This document shows, piece after piece, positions 45,745 through 56,971 of a stretch of DNA of 64,000 nt (positions within the stretch are counted from its first letter, which is position 1; every line of letters begins with the position of its first letter). A program made the position numbers and the translations under genes. This DNA comes from Cyanidioschyzon merolae (Eukaryota). The notes under the pieces are model-generated. The model worked only from the letters and a program-made list of their open reading frames with translations, had not been told where the DNA came from and ran no database searches. The DNA is taken from the NCBI GenBank assembly GCA_000091205.1, contig AP006501.2; one strand, given 5' to 3'.

Positions 45745-47943
45745 CCGAGCGTTCTCCAAGGGCGCTCATGCGACTTGAATCGCTGGAAGCTCGCTGCTCT
45801 GATCCACGAACTTGCACCACAAGTCCTCAGATAGCTTTTAACTTTGCTGAAAACGAAGCAAACGTCTCCAGCACGTAGACGACCGGGAGGTGATATCGAC
45901 CGCTTCGAGCTGTGCGACAGCGCCCTGCAATCTCTAAGCGCCGCAACGGGTTCTGCACAGCTGCAACCTGGCAAGTCGATGTGTTTTGATGTGCAGACAC
46001 GTAAAGCCTCGAGGTTTTGGCCATATTTTACGGATTCAGGAGTGATTTTCATTGTTGAACCAAGTCCTCGTACGAACAAGTCGGCAGCAGTAAGTAAATG
46101 CGCACAACAAGCTAGAGGCACCCAGGGCACCCCTTGCCGGGAAAGAACACGTATTGTGCACCGTCTAGGTCGTCTGCCCTGCCGCAGACCGTGTTGCGCT
46201 GGCTTTTCATGCTGTAACGAGGGATGCGTAGGACTAACCTTCGACTGATATCCGGGAGCCAAGTCGAAAAAGTAGGAATCGAAGCAGCGTGAACCAGCGA
46301 GTTGTTCTGGGGTTCCAGGGTCCTGCAACGAGTCGCTGCTCATCATACTGCCCCGCGTTCCCGTAATTAGCGGTCTCCATCCAGGTTCCTCAAGGCCTGA
46401 AACTCGCTGATATTTTCCGAACTCAGATCCCGGATACTTGAGGTTGAACGGTGGCGTCGGTCAGCAGATAGCTTGCGTTGAACATCATAGACGCAACCCG
46501 CGGCACAAGCGTTTGCCAGTGCGGCAGGCAGCACGTAGAGCTCCCCGTGTGCACAGTGTTCCTGGTGTCCGTACTCCTCTACATGGTGTCTGCGAGTCGC
46601 ATGCGTAAGCACGCCGTCCTGAAAAGTCATGGGATGTATCGCATATCGGATGATATCTCCGTCCGGCGTGTGTGCACAGAGGGATCTTCTACGAGCACCT
46701 AACACGTGCAGTTGCAGAGAACGTTGCGTGCACCTTGGAGCGACGTATTGAAGCACGTGTATCGCTCTAGAACGTGCACTTTCTAGAGGAAGCGTGGGCT
46801 GTTTTGGAACCATGAAGCTCTAATTATGATGGTGCTGATCGACTCTGTCGAGCGACTCAGAGGTAGGCCTCGATTTCGTGCTGGAAACCTGAAACGGATG
46901 ACATCCGCACGGCATCGTAATGATCCAGCTGGTCCGTGGAAGGGTACGGCAAAGCCTTTGTTGTGTCTCCGCACGACACTCGTAGCGGCGTGTTTTGTAG
47001 CCAAACCAGCACCCGCGGTGTGCTCGGCTTTCGAAGAGTCACTGGCTCTACCAGGTCTCTATCCCCAGCGTGGAGACTGGTCTAGAACTAGTGTGAATCG
47101 AAACTATCGGTGAAGGAGCTGAGTTTGCTTTCCCGGTTGCCGGCGTTCAGTACTGGAGCATCCAGGAGGACCTGCTTCGATCCAGCGATGTCACACCATT
47201 ACAAACCGTTTCCTGAATATCAGCTTCGAAGCTATGTGCACCTGCCGCGAACGACTTGCGCTGGAGACCATGGTGTGCGTGATCCGCGTCCAGTTCAGCA
47301 CGGAGCACCGACAAAAGCTGCCGCCACTAGCGTATGCGTTCCAGCGTCAATCATCGTCGATGACGTTCTTTTCGGAAGCATTGCAACGATAAAATAGGCT
47401 TGGCGTCGTCTGATTCGGCGCTTCCTGCAAAAGCTCATCGTCGCTTGAGGCGACCAGCATCCCGTGATGCACTGGAATCCTTGTATGCGTCACTGCAAGC
47501 ACTGGACACTTCATAGGAATCCGCTTGAACAGGGTCAGCCGATTCCGCGTTCCACTGAGCTCCTGAGCAAGGTTGCGAGTCGGTTTACAGATCTCTAAAA
47601 GACGAAGCATACCAAGCCGTGGTCACAAGAGCTCTACAATACAGCAAGAATCTCCGTGGCTCCTGTCCTTCTATGCAATGATACCAAACGAAACATCGAA
47701 AAGGCCGTTGCCACGGAGCGAACGCAAAGCTGCGGCGGGCGCTCGCCACGCAAGATCCGCTCAGGTGCCTTGACTCGTTTGGAGGCGCCCTCTGACGCCT
47801 GTTCCAACTAACGGCGCTGTCCAGCCAGCATCGTTCCATCTCCATTTTTGGGTCGATCACAACTGCACGCGAGATCAGCCAGGCCTGAAGGCATGACAAC
47901 CGCGTGTCCACAATAATCGTGCCCGTGTAGCCCATGGGCACGT

Positions 47944-48894
47944 TCAAAGGATTGCCGATTTGCAGACCGGGCACCGCGCTTTTTGCCGAAGCCAGGGATC
48001 AATGCACTGCTGATGATACTGATGAAGGCACGGTAATACTCGAATCCGTTCCTCAGGTAGAAAGAAATCTAAACAAACAACACAAACTGATGTGGTATCA
48101 TCTGGTTCGGTTCGCTCCTCCTCGGACTGCAGTTTGCAACTCGATGAAGCTGGCTTGTTCGCGTCCGAGTCCGCGGTCTCGGCGGGCTTCAGGAGCGATG
48201 CCGTGTCGGTTTGTGTGGCGGCGGGTTCAGCGTGAGCCCCTGCCGTCGTCGGCTCCGTCGGTGACGCCGCTTCCGTCCGTGTTGTCAGGTTCTCATGATT
48301 GTCCATTAGTTTGGAGCGCTTGCTCTCGGATGTGGCACTTCCCCGTTGCATCCATTCCTTATACGTAAAACAAGGAAGTAGGTCTATGGCATCTTGGGGC
48401 GCCCCGTGCAAAAACTCTTGCATAGCCGCTGCACCGGAGTCCAGTTCTAGGAGCAATTCGTAGTCTTGTGGAGTGAAATCACGGTCTACGAGTGACAGGC
48501 GCTGCATGATCTGGATGTACCTTAACTCCTGGGGAGACAAGAGGTGACGCGGCGGCGTCTCCAGGGCGACACGCCAACGCCAGCCGTTCGCTTGTCGCCG
48601 TGCTGTGCGCGCTCGTCGTCGCACCGCGCTGCTGGTGCCCCAACGCCCGCTCCCAGGGCCCCTGTAGCTCGCGTAAAAACGCACAAGCGCGCCGGCCAGA
48701 AAAATGACGAGTCCCAAGAGCGCCGTCAGCTGCACGTCACGGTCTAAGAATATCGGTATAAACGAGAGCGCTGCCAGCACCAGGAAAATACCCGACACCA
48801 GCAAGCGAGCCTTTCTCACCTGATCCACGAGGAGGCTGTACTCATCTACCACGGTGCCGTGTAACGCCAGCAACGTGCAGTGGCTCTGACTCAC
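47944..48894 (-). CDS. Membrane-anchored RING-H2 E3 ubiquitin ligase
   Basis: C-terminal CVVCLDFFLPEERIRVLPCLHQYHQQCIDPWLRQKARCPVCKSAI is a C3H2C3 RING-H2. There are two N-terminal hydrophobic helices (LLVSGIFLVLAALSFIPIFL; LTALLGLVIFLAGALV). The listed start (48894) is GTG. There is no in-frame ATG upstream of the TM helices, so the true 5' end is uncertain. An upstream ORF (MDDVG..., 49042) in another frame could be a first exon. Confidence 0.7.
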   Translation of the reverse strand: MSQSHCTLLALHGTVVDEYSLLVDQVRKARLLVSGIFLVLAALSFIPIFLDRDVQLTALLGLVIFLAGALVRFYASYRGPGSGRWGTSSAVRRRARTARRQANGWRWRVALETPPRHLLSPQELRYIQIMQRLSLVDRDFTPQDYELLLELDSGAAAMQEFLHGAPQDAIDLLPCFTYKEWMQRGSATSESKRSKLMDNHENLTTRTEAASPTEPTTAGAHAEPAATQTDTASLLKPAETADSDANKPASSSCKLQSEEERTEPDDTTSVCVVCLDFFLPEERIRVLPCLHQYHQQCIDPWLRQKARCPVCKSAIL

Positions 48895-50695
48895 GCCTCG
48901 CCGTCAGCTGGTGTGCGTAGCCGTTGCCGCTTAGGCCCCAACGGTTCGCCCGTGCGTTGTCCACAAAAGGTCCCCAGTCACCGCCGTTTCCAAGCTGGCC
49001 GTTCTGCCAACGATTTCGCTCTGTGCCGACATCATCCATCTTTGACGAAGGTGAAGCGATACTCCACGCTGCGCAATACAACTGCTCGCCCCGTCAGCCG
49101 CAACCTTCGGGAGACACGCACGCACACCCCCCCAACTGACGCCTACACACGCACGCTCGAACGGAATCGAGATCATCATGCGTGCCGGTGTGCGCAGCAG
49201 CAGCCGGCGCGCGATGCCTTGTCCGAATCACCCAGGCGTCAGCGACGCTTCCGCCTTCGCCGCCTGCTGATCAGCGCAAATGGCGCTTGGCAATGTGGCG
49301 AGGGGGCGGCAGCGGCGCTGTTTTTGCGCCCCTGTGCAGTAGCGCGCTCCTGCCTGGGCGCAACCGCTCAACGGATCGCGGTGTACGCCAGCGCGTGCAC
49401 GATGATACGGAGCGCGCTTCTCGCCTTTCAACTCAATGACGTTCCACATCAAGGTACGTGTCGTCAAATGCTTTTCGCAGTTTGCAGCAGGTGTGTTCGA
49501 AGTATGTTCAACTAAAGCAATAAAAATTCAAGTGGGGGTTATGGGCATGGTAGTTAGGGGTTTCGGAGAGCTCTCCATGCCACGTCCGATGAAAACAAAT
49601 CAAAAAAATTTTCTTCTTGCTGATCATCGGGCGAACGAAAGCAAGTGATGAAGAAGCAGAAGACGAGGAGATATGGGCGAGAAAAGGAGTTTGCCCGACG
49701 AGACAATGCCGAGGTTGTATTGATACAGAGGGCGTGAGTAAGAGGAATGCTTGCATTGTTGACTTCCGCCAGCGGCAATGTACGCGAGGAGCTTATGAAA
49801 CGAGAGTTCAATGCTGGTATCAGTATAAGATGAATTGTGTTGCTGGAGACGGAACCCGAGGCGCTGACGCGAGCCGCCTTTGTAAGGTAACCTCTCAGCG
49901 TCGAAGTGTGCCTGGATAAACTGTAGCGGATACCAGGCAGTCGGTCAAAAAAGGCTGGGAGGCGTCGAAAAGTGGGTGAATAGATATACCCCCATGGTCG
50001 TGACACATTGTTCGTTGTGCTCACCACGTATGTAGATGCTGGTGCGAGCACCGTATGCTATGGCAACAGGGTAATGCTTTCCTATGAGAACGGGCCCTGG
50101 GTCCTTTGGCTCCGATGCCGTCTCGTGCATGCCCGTATGCATCGCATCACGCTCGGCAGCGTGATCGACGAGCCCGTTTGGAGCATGTCACACGTGTGTC
50201 TCGGTGCGGTATAATTTCGGAACTCTCGAATCACCGGTAGAGTCTTTATTGTACTAGAGCTCGCTTTAGCGGCACGACAGACTCGAATGCGTGACGCGTT
50301 GGCGGCCGTCAGAGCGCCACTAAGGGCTGTGGTGGCTCGGCTATCTTGCCCCGGCACATGGACATATTATTCCGTTTCCCCATCATAATCACCAGAGCCG
50401 CATGTTCCATGTCCATCCATACTGCCTGCTCAGATTGCTGCTCAACCGACTACGCTTGTATGGCATACGCATTAGGCCATCGAAGCCAATAGGCGCTTGA
50501 GACTAGAACGCAACAGCTGCAGCCATGCATAGTTGCCTCCTCGTGCGGCTGGCGCCCGCTAATGTTTGCGTTTGCGCAGTCTCATACAAGCGCGGCCTTC
50601 GTCACGTCAACAAAATGAGTCTTATTCGGCACCAGGTGGCGTAGTCGAGCGGTCTCCATCTGAGCATGCGATCGCCACGCACACCTGCAACGACC

Positions 50696-50912
50696 GCCGC
50701 TGTATCGATGGCGAGCTTAGTTTTCCTGGTTCAATGCATCCATCCGACACCATCTAAAACAACCAGCACCGCTGTATCGATAGCGAGCTTAGTTTTCCTG
50801 GCTCAATGCATCTATCCTACACCATCTAAAGCGATCAACACCGCTGGATCGATGGCGACTTTGGATTTCCTGGCTCAATGCATCTATCCGACACCATATA
50901 TGGCGAGCAACG
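50696..50912 (+). repeat. Tandem repeat, 72-73-bp unit x 3 (minisatellite)
   Basis: Units start at 50696, 50769 and 50841: ccgctgtatcgat(g/a)gcgagcttagttttcctgg(t/c)tcaatgcatc(c/t)atcc(g/t)acaccat... This generates the repetitive ORF at 50666..50956, which is probably non-coding. Confidence 0.8.
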
Positions 50913-51210
50913 CCTCTGCATACCTGGAGTCTCTAGCAGTGTACACGCTTCCCTGAAGCAGGCTCATCGCGTGAGCCGGCCCCGACCAGCACCCAGTCCA
51001 GACAACGCGATCGTCGAAACGGATGATAGCTGCAGCTGTAGCAGTGGCAGTAGCAGCTGTGCGTTCGCGTAACCAGCTGCCCTATCCCGGAGCGGCCGCT
51101 CGTAGACGCGAACACACGCGCTGCCGTCGATGCCCGGCGGCGGGGCTGCGCTGGGCAGCGCGTATCGACAACGACGGACGCTTTTGTCGAGCGTCTTTAG
51201 CTATAGTGCG

Positions 51211-51258
51211 ACTACTACTACTGTTGCTGCTGCTGCTGCCGCTGGTGGTGGTGGTGCT
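51211..51258 (+). repeat. Trinucleotide repeat array: (ACT)4(GCT)n(GGT)n
   Basis: actactactactgttgctgctgctgctgccgctggtggtggtggtgct, just upstream of the ATP sulfurylase start (51321). Confidence 0.85.
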
Positions 51259-51320
51259 ATCATACACAGGTTGTTGAGCTACTGGTTGAGCTTGTTGCTA
51301 CGCAACGAACAGCGTTTATC

Positions 51321-52787
51321 ATGAGAGACGCATTGTACCTCGCTTTCGTAGCGCCTTTTCTACAAAAACAGTCGACGCGTAGGTTTACCGGCTTGAAGGT
51401 CAACGGTGCGTCGTCCGCGAATCAAATGTGGACCTGGAGCCGAACCACGGGACTAGAAGGACCTTCCTGCAGAGGCCAGCAAGCCTTGCCGTTTCAAATG
51501 ACAACCGCGCCTGAGACGTCCAAGGTTTCCACGCGCAGTGTTCCGGGTTGGACTGTGAGCGGGTCTACAGACGACGTCATCGAGTTACTCGTTCCTGAGG
51601 CAATGCGCCCTGAACTCGAGGCCGAAGCACGAACGTTGCCGCGCGTTGTGCTGACCGAGGAGACCGACCTGCAGTGGCTTCACGTACTGAGCGAGGGCTG
51701 GGCATCGCCCCTGCGCGGCTATATGCGCGAAGAGGAGTATCTGCAGTGCCTTCATTTCAATTGCTTGCGTTCTACGAGCGGAACTCTATACAACCAGTCT
51801 GTGGCAATTGTGCTCACGGTAGACGATGCCCAGCGACAGGCCATTGAAGCCAGCGGGCGGAACGCTATTTGCATTACATGGCACGAACGGCCTGAGGAGC
51901 CCCTTGCTATTCTCCGGAACCCAGAGTTCTACGTTCACAACAAGGAGGAGCGCTGCGCGCGACAACTCGGGACGACGCACCCCAAACATCCCTATGCAGA
52001 AGTCATCTATCGTTCAGGAAACTGGCTCGTAGGCGGTGACTTGCAAGTCCTCAAGCGCATCAAGTACAACGATGGTCTGGATGCATACCGCTTGACTCCG
52101 AAAGAACTTCGTCGTGAGTTCCACAAACGCGGTGCCGACGCTGTTTTTGTGTTTCAGCTGCGGAACCCGATCCATAATGGACACGCGCTGCTCATGACGA
52201 GCTGCCGTGAAGACCTCCTGCGTCGTGGCTACCGCAACCCGATTCTACTGGTGCACCAGATTGGTGGTCGCGTCAAGGCCGACGACGTACCGCTTCGAGA
52301 ACGCATCCTACAGAACCAGGAAGTGATCGCCGAGGGCATTCTTGATCCAGAATCCACCATGCTCGGGATTTTCCCTAGTCCTATGATGTACGCAGGCCCA
52401 ACCGAGGTGCAATGGCACGCCAAAGCTCGCATGAATGCAGGTTGCCAGTTTTACATCGTTGGTCGGGACCCAGCTGGGGTCAAGCACCCTGATGGCGATC
52501 GCGACCTCTACGATCCATGGCACGGGAAGAAAGTGCTCCTGAGCGCGCTCGGGCTCGAACGACTCGAGATCCTCCCGTTTCGAGTGGCGGCCTACGACAA
52601 AAAGATCGGGAAAATGGCGTTTTTCGATCCATCGAGAGCAGACGACTTTCTGTTCATCTCGGGTACTAAAATGCGGGCGTTTGCCGCACGCGGGGAATCA
52701 CCACCTGACGGATTCATGGGTGTGCGTGCGTGGAAGGTGCTCGAAAACTATTACGCACAAAAACGAGAAGCGCAGGGGTCCTCTTGA
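51321..52787 (+). CDS. ATP sulfurylase (sulfate adenylyltransferase), plant/plastid type
   Basis: QLRNPIHNGHALLM (the conserved RNP(V/I)HNGH motif), ...YIVGRDPAG..., and PUA-like N-domain blocks. 488 aa with a ~60-aa N-terminal leader. True ATG at 51321. No APS-kinase-like C-domain, which a fungal type would have. Confidence 0.9.
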   Translation: MRDALYLAFVAPFLQKQSTRRFTGLKVNGASSANQMWTWSRTTGLEGPSCRGQQALPFQMTTAPETSKVSTRSVPGWTVSGSTDDVIELLVPEAMRPELEAEARTLPRVVLTEETDLQWLHVLSEGWASPLRGYMREEEYLQCLHFNCLRSTSGTLYNQSVAIVLTVDDAQRQAIEASGRNAICITWHERPEEPLAILRNPEFYVHNKEERCARQLGTTHPKHPYAEVIYRSGNWLVGGDLQVLKRIKYNDGLDAYRLTPKELRREFHKRGADAVFVFQLRNPIHNGHALLMTSCREDLLRRGYRNPILLVHQIGGRVKADDVPLRERILQNQEVIAEGILDPESTMLGIFPSPMMYAGPTEVQWHAKARMNAGCQFYIVGRDPAGVKHPDGDRDLYDPWHGKKVLLSALGLERLEILPFRVAAYDKKIGKMAFFDPSRADDFLFISGTKMRAFAARGESPPDGFMGVRAWKVLENYYAQKREAQGSS

Positions 52788-52913
52788 CAAATCAAAAGCC
52801 CTTAGAGACCTCTTGTTAGGCACTTGGCAACGCCTTTTCGAACCAACAGTTAGTATCCGCAGCTCGGGGAACGTTCATGCACGCTGTGGGTCGGATATGA
52901 GCAACGAAATAGC

Positions 52914-52975
52914 GCTGCTTCTGCTGCGGGTGCTTCTGCTGCGGGTGCTTCTGCTGCGGGTGCTTCTGCTGCTCC
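52914..52975 (+). repeat. 15-bp microsatellite (ctgctgcgggtgctt) x ~4, just 3' of the ATP sulfurylase stop
   Basis: Perfect units at 52921, 52936 and 52951, with partial flanking units. Confidence 0.85.
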
Positions 52976-55325
52976 ATCGTAGCCTTGCTAAGCGTCTGTG
53001 CATATGCACTCAGGGGAAAAAATTCGGCTGGCAACGTGCTCCCTCAAACGTGAATCTGCCGTCCAGAGCTTTGCTGGTCGCCTAACAGCATTAGGCAAGA
53101 ATGTTGCTTTATTTGAGAGCATATCGATGGTGAGAACCCTCGACTCGACGATAGGCTCTTCAAGATGAGGTCGTCCAGCGCAACATAGCGCCATAGCGCG
53201 CACGCCAGCGTTCGTACCCGATCAGGAGTACCTCGAAAGGCCCTGGCGCTCCCCGAAAAGAATGACCGAATAACGCGTACTAGCGCTGGTTGGCCGTATC
53301 GATCGCACGGGAGTGAACCGTTTGCGTCGTAAGCCCCTGGTGCATCGCAGTCGCGAGCCTGACGGGCACAAGTCCCTTGCGAACACCGGTGGCAGATAGT
53401 CGAGGCACCAGCTCCGTCGACGAAGGCGCTAGCAGCGAAGCAGGACCAGGGGTTTCCTGGTTAAGTTCATCGGTTCTGGACCATGAAAAAGCAAAGCAGC
53501 AGGGTAAACTGGCTATCGCGGAATCCCGCCATACTTTACTCAGTGACGGCTAGGCTACCCAACGCAACATCTTTCGCCAAGACGCGGTCTCACAACGCGG
53601 TGCGCTCTGCAAGCACATCCTGCAGGTCTCGCTCCGAGTCCGTGCTTAGACTGTTATTGCACCCAAACTTTTCAGTGACTCTATCCTTAGGTGCTGAATT
53701 TACGGCAAGCATCCCCGTGACGCAGTGCGTTGCCCCCGACCGCGACACAGGCGCGGTGGCTGGCCAGTGAACAGTCAGCTAGTACCAAAACTTCGCTGAG
53801 TACTCGACATCACCCGCGTTAGAACGAAATGGTTCGGGTCGACTCGGCGAACTCACGTGTAAACAGTAGAATGTGCATTCCTTCCTACTGTCATCAACAC
53901 CAGGCCTTGCGTACGTTTTCTCGTATTGCTTTCTTTTCCTCTCTCTTTCATTCCCGTCTTTAGATACGCCCGTTGGCCCGTCTCTCAAGCTCTGTTGTCA
54001 GGAGTCATAGGATGTTCGTGACAGCTTCCAACTGCCATTTTCATAGCTTGTGGCTGTTGTCGATGCATTGCATGCCATGCTGTACATAGCCATCTATGCT
54101 TCACTTGCAATTTTTACCTTATTGCGGACAGTGTCGGTGCTTCCCTCGATGCGGTTACACTCGACAGCTTTCAGATGCACCGATATATCCACAAAATCAT
54201 CTGTTCTGATTACCGCCCTGTGCCGCATAAGCGTTTGCTTCAGCGCTCTCTTCATAGCCTTGATGGCTGCAGAAGTTTTTTTCAATACCCTCCTCCGTTC
54301 CCGCGCCCAATACCGTAGCGTTATATCACGAAAGCGTTCCGGGCGATCACTCGTCGAGTGTTCTGTTCGCTCTGCAGGCACACGTGCGTTGTTCCATTTG
54401 AGGAAGGATTTGTGGAACGCGATGTTGATCATGATGAAATAAGTACTGTATTGGAAATCCAGAGTGGAGATCAAGGTGAGTAACTTCGATCCGTCTATGC
54501 TCGCTTCTTGTAGAGTGCTGACGAACGCTTCACAGGAGGCAATCGCTCGGATGACTTGAGTCCGAACCCAAGACCATTCGCCATGCAAACATAAAAGACG
54601 TGTGCCTCCAGAGCATATCCGGTAGAAATTATCACGCTTCTGTCAAATAATGCTTCCACAATGGTCACAAGGAGAGGAGGATTTGTGTTTAGACCGGACT
54701 CGATAATTTGATGCGAAAGATTCAGTGCTCTTCCTGTATGACATTAAGAAGAAATCTTCAAGGAACGAGGAGCAGTCTTTTTCGCATCAATCCAGCGGCG
54801 CGAATTCCAGCGCCACGAATTGCCTCAGAAACATCGAGAACATGGCTAGAGTGTGATTTGAGCAAACTCCTCGTAATGAATGATGAAGCTTGGAGGCTTG
54901 TTCGTATCAGTTGGACGATCAAATCGGTTACACTACGAATCCTTGTTCAAATACATCGCGAGTTATTTGGATCCAGGTGGCGTAATGATGTCAACGGCAA
55001 AGAGTCAAAGAAGCGACGCCCAAAAGGTGACCCAGAATCCCCAAGCTACATATAAGTGCTATAGTCCGCATTGCAGCAAGTTGAATCTCGAGACTCTACA
55101 CCTAAAAAGAGTTCGGCAAATGTCGAAATGCAAGAGCAGATCGAGTACTTCAGTGTTCCATTTCGACCCGACACGGGTGTGGAATCCATCACGCACAGCG
55201 AATGCCGCAAACCTACTCCACGCTGCACATGTAGACCGCTACCACCAACCTCAGTACGAGGCCTACGTGCGCCCTCTTTCAACGGCATATCCATAATCCG
55301 CTCAGGACGGTTTCATCCGCGCTTT

Positions 55326-56912
55326 CTACACGGCCTGCTCGTTTATCTCACCAAGATGATCGATGCAACTGATTCGCAGCGTCGACGTTGGTTTCTGGAT
55401 GCGGCAACGTCGGCGTATGTCGTCCAGAGCGATCTGAAAATATTCCACCGGACGAGCGGAATCTAGAAACTCATCGTGATCGGCTACATCTCCGTCAACA
55501 TAGTACCCGATATGACCAATGCCATTTGGTGCAAATATGTGCACGAATCCATTGGCGTCTAGTGTTATGCGCGGTGAACGGCCCACTGCATGTAGTGGAT
55601 GACTCGGGCGTTCACTGGCGGAGGCGCCGTTAGTAACAGGTAGCATACGAGTGACCGAAGCGTGTGGTGCATTCGCAACCTGATAAGGAACACGCGCATC
55701 ATGCTCTAGTCGCTCGGGTGATGGTAGTGGTGATGCGGCTGGTTGCGCAGTGAACGAGGCCCAGTCCGGCTCTATCTGCTCTACAACAGCAAGTGCACCA
55801 ACAAAGTGCCGATGGAAATGCAAGCGGCAAGCAGCACTCCTATCCCAGTGCGGTTCGTGTGCCTCCCGCTCTGGATCTGGGTCTTGCACCGTGAAAAGAC
55901 GGTAGAAATAGTCAAAGCCGCGGGCCATGATACCACCACCGCGGCACGGATGCGGAAGCGACAGACAGTGACCCAGTTCATGCAGCATCGCGCCAATTGT
56001 TGTGGAGGCCAAGGCCCAGCGTTCACCGCGACCGGCGCTATCATCGAAGAAGTTAATTGAGTCTACGCGTCTCCGATCACTAAAGCGCTTTGGCACTTCT
56101 GAGAGCGTCTGTGGCCATGCGTACATACCACTGGAGCCAAAGAGCGCTAACGTGCCTCCACCAAGTGCTGTGTGTCCATACACACGGCCTGTGCTCGCAT
56201 CTTTTGACGTGAAAGACATGACAGCCACGTCGATACACTGCTGGCGGTTAGATATGTTCGAGAGCTCCTCAGCAATCATACCCCAGAGCGCGTCACCCGA
56301 AAGTGCATGCAGCTCGGCTCGTGTCCGCGACAGACGCCTTACATGAACAGGTACATCATAGGCGCAGTGAATCTCTTCGATATTCCCTGGCAACGGAGTC
56401 GCACACGCAGCGCTCATACGTTCAATGCAAAAGCTCAAATGACCGAGGCCTTGCTCATGAAGCAACTCTGCGGCAGCTGTTTGCATGAGTCGTAACGCTA
56501 ACGCGAAACGGCGCACGGCGCTCGCAAGCATACAGTCTTCGTCGGGCGGAGCTTGGAAACGCACCTCCACGGCGTCTCGCGGCACGACGTAGACTGCTCG
56601 GACTACATAGTCCCAGGGGACGTCCAGATAGTGAACGCGAAACTGCAGTTTCGCTGGCCCGCTCAGCGGACCCGCAGCGACAAGGTTTACCCCTGGTTGC
56701 AGCCAGACTAACGCTCGAAACCTACCATCGCAGTTGCGCACAGGCCAAGGCGTTCGTTGCTGTTCAGCAACCAAACTACCTGGTTGAGCATTTGCCAAGT
56801 AAACGACGACGCACGTGAGGTGCTCATTGAGCGGCACCTGACCGCATATCAGAAGCAACGGAAACGTTACAGCTTCGTCTGGTCGGAGGTTCTCAACCCG
56901 CCATCGCACCAT
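55326..56912 (-). CDS. Zinc metallopeptidase (HEXXH), putative peptidase family resembling yeast YIL108W
   Basis: True ATG at 56912, 528 aa. GAMLHELGHCLSLPHPCRGGGIMARGFDYFYR contains an HExxH zinc-binding motif with a downstream GL.H-type third-ligand context. Confidence 0.6.
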   Translation of the reverse strand: MVRWRVENLRPDEAVTFPLLLICGQVPLNEHLTCVVVYLANAQPGSLVAEQQRTPWPVRNCDGRFRALVWLQPGVNLVAAGPLSGPAKLQFRVHYLDVPWDYVVRAVYVVPRDAVEVRFQAPPDEDCMLASAVRRFALALRLMQTAAAELLHEQGLGHLSFCIERMSAACATPLPGNIEEIHCAYDVPVHVRRLSRTRAELHALSGDALWGMIAEELSNISNRQQCIDVAVMSFTSKDASTGRVYGHTALGGGTLALFGSSGMYAWPQTLSEVPKRFSDRRRVDSINFFDDSAGRGERWALASTTIGAMLHELGHCLSLPHPCRGGGIMARGFDYFYRLFTVQDPDPEREAHEPHWDRSAACRLHFHRHFVGALAVVEQIEPDWASFTAQPAASPLPSPERLEHDARVPYQVANAPHASVTRMLPVTNGASASERPSHPLHAVGRSPRITLDANGFVHIFAPNGIGHIGYYVDGDVADHDEFLDSARPVEYFQIALDDIRRRCRIQKPTSTLRISCIDHLGEINEQAV

Positions 56913-56920
56913 TCACGCCG

Positions 56921-56943
56921 TTCGAAAGTCGAACGACGCGAAC
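56921..56943 (-). other. Strong RNA hairpin in the 59-nt spacer between the Fanzor stop and the metallopeptidase ATG
   Basis: Minus-strand cgtcgttcga-CUU-tcgaacggcg forms a 10-bp stem (one G-U) with a 3-nt loop. Its core cgttcgaaagtcgaacg (plus 56919-56935) is a perfect 7-bp palindrome. No U-run follows it. Confidence 0.4.
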
Positions 56944-56971
56944 GGTGTACAGTAGTGGCGGCAACCGCGCC

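Noticed and set aside
45393-46346. 317-aa minus ORF overlapping the 5' end of the PPR gene
   Set aside because: It overlaps the PPR coding region in another frame, has no domains and has low-complexity composition. It is more likely spurious or, at best, an unrelated small gene that I cannot support.
50666-50956. 96-aa ORF with a thrice-repeated 24-aa peptide
   Set aside because: It is an artefact of the 72-bp minisatellite and has no start context or domain.
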